A stretch of 64,000 nt of DNA from Tubulanus polymorphus. Taxonomy: Eukaryota > Animalia > Nemertea. The notes beneath the pieces were generated by a model that did no database searches, was not told the origin of the DNA, and saw nothing but the letters and a program-made list of their open reading frames with translations. The position numbers and the translations under genes are program-made. Positions 62,501 through 64,000 of the stretch are shown here, piece by piece (within the stretch, counting starts at the first letter, position 1; each line of letters begins with the position of its first letter). The DNA is taken from the NCBI RefSeq assembly GCF_964204645.1, contig NC_134028.1, forward strand, positions 26,284,345-26,348,344, given 5' to 3'.

Positions 62501-63658
62501 TCACGTGTTTGTGGTTTCCAATGGCAACTAATGACACACTAAAACGCGGTTACGCGTCGAACGCCGAGAGTAAGACACAGAGATTTGTTTTATAACATCA
62601 GAGAGGTGTAAAGGGCGAGTCGCTAGATTTAAAATGCCGCCTTATTATTAACTAATTAGATCTGCTACGGAAGCTCTACCAGTGACAGTTCACAAACATA
62701 ATAATTACTGATAGATAGTGATAATATGATACATCCCTCTAGGGGGGAGGGGGAGGGGGAGTAGGGGAGCTCAACCAGAGGTTAACCAGTCCATTTGAAT
62801 AGAGGAAGTGCCAGCTAATTTTAGACGCCCAAACAGGCAGGTCCGCTGGAACTTGAAATAAGGGAAAGGGTTAGGGAGAGCTTGAGGTAGGGAAAGATAT
62901 GGAAGCCCGTTGATGACATACGAGATCATTGTTTATATCCAAGGCATAAATACAAATAATTTGAACTCAGAGTTCAGTACTACTCAAAGTACTCCTTCCT
63001 GTGTTATCAATATCTGAGAAGTGTTGATGTTTAACCTCTAACTAAATTTTGAGTAACTGACTCCTGACCAGGGGTGAATCCAGCCATGAACAGCCACAAG
63101 CGGGGTCCCACAGATAAATTTGAAGGAATACACCCTAAAAGATGTCAATGCTGAGAGGATGAGAGTGTCAAATTCACAGGTTTTAACAATCTATGTCTTG
63201 ACGAAAAGGGCTATGGGGAGACAGGGGTCGGGACCCATGAGACCACTCCCTAAATGTATCTCTGCTGACCTCACATCATACGAGGCAATTATATAACTAG
63301 AAATAATGTGAACTTTAAGAGAGTTCAATACTGAAAGAGACCCACCCTGTATACTATAAATAACTAAAAGGTGTTGACATCTTGATCTCAATTAAACCTA
63401 TGAGACTAACAAATATTAGATAGTAATGTAACAACACACAGCAGTCGAACTCCAACCGGAGCTCGGAGGTGGATACTTACGTATAATTGGTGTTCTCCAT
63501 GATGTCGTCGGAGTAGGCTTTACTGAGTCGGAAATCGTGACCGAATAACTCGCGACTATCTAGCGAGTTTAATTTCTGTAAACAGTCGTCGTAGCCCATG
63601 TCTTTGAAGTCGCCGTGACTAGATGAGATTTTACCGTTCATTAAATACTCCAATACAC
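59530..63658 (-). CDS. CNOT6: CCR4-NOT deadenylase subunit 6 (CCR4), last two coding exons; gene continues beyond the window
   Basis: Exons 63658-63481 (GVLEYL...NTNYT) and 59767-59530 (YDFKGIIDYI...LGVLGP...GCPHPHIPSDHF) match the C-terminus of the CCR4 EEP nuclease domain. Confidence 0.93.
60140..60548. repeat. C-rich compound minisatellite (ccctgtatccc variants) in a CNOT6 intron
   Basis: Directly visible; it accounts for the overlapping Gly-rich and Pro-rich ORFs in the track. Confidence 0.9.
61941..62226. mobile_element. piggyBac-like non-autonomous element (MITE)
   Basis: TTAA|CCCTTTCAGTG...CACTAAAAGGG|TTAA: CCC/GGG termini, short imperfect TIRs and flanking TTAA. Confidence 0.55.
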
Positions 63659-64000
63659 CTATATATAACAAACAGTAACAGAAATTAAACATCGGTGAAA
63701 TGCTCCGAATCCGTGTTGTAAACCCAATACAAAGCACAAGAGCAGTTTGAAATGTTTCTTCGAGCTAATATCTATTTCGTCAACTTCAAGAATACAGAAT
63801 ATTGCCTTAACGTTGAAACATTGACTCTTTTCATTCAGTTTGATAAAATGAAAATATATTCATACACGGACAGGGTTAACTAGAGGCCCATGGGCAGTGT
63901 ATACGATCTCAGCAATAGCTATGGGCAGAGCATAAGTTCGCAATGTGGTCCATGGGCAGTGTTCGATCTCAACGAGGCCCATGGGCCACGTAAGATATCT

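Overview
AT-rich, intron-containing animal (invertebrate-like) genomic DNA; the species cannot be determined from the sequence. Host genes in order: intronless CSTF3 (+), a multi-exon NF-kB p105/Relish-type gene (-), TTC30/IFT70 (+), RRP36 (-), ARL16 (+) and the last two coding exons of CNOT6 (-). The main feature is a ~27.3-kb DNA transposon (26503-53764) inside intron 1 of ARL16. It has perfect 102-bp terminal inverted repeats, a 9-11-bp target-site duplication (TAGATTACTGA) and inverted subterminal arrays of a ~183-bp unit, i.e. a Foldback/Mutator-like layout. It encodes an apparently intact ~1850-aa protein that fuses a PHD finger, a USP-type deubiquitinase, a Mutator/NOF-like DDE transposase and a Ulp1-type protease. 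It also carries a divergently transcribed three-exon SGNH hydrolase gene, a ~3.7-kb array of a 101-bp unit, and a Penelope-like fragment with a minimal hammerhead ribozyme. All domain and gene calls come from motif recognition by eye; no database searches were run.
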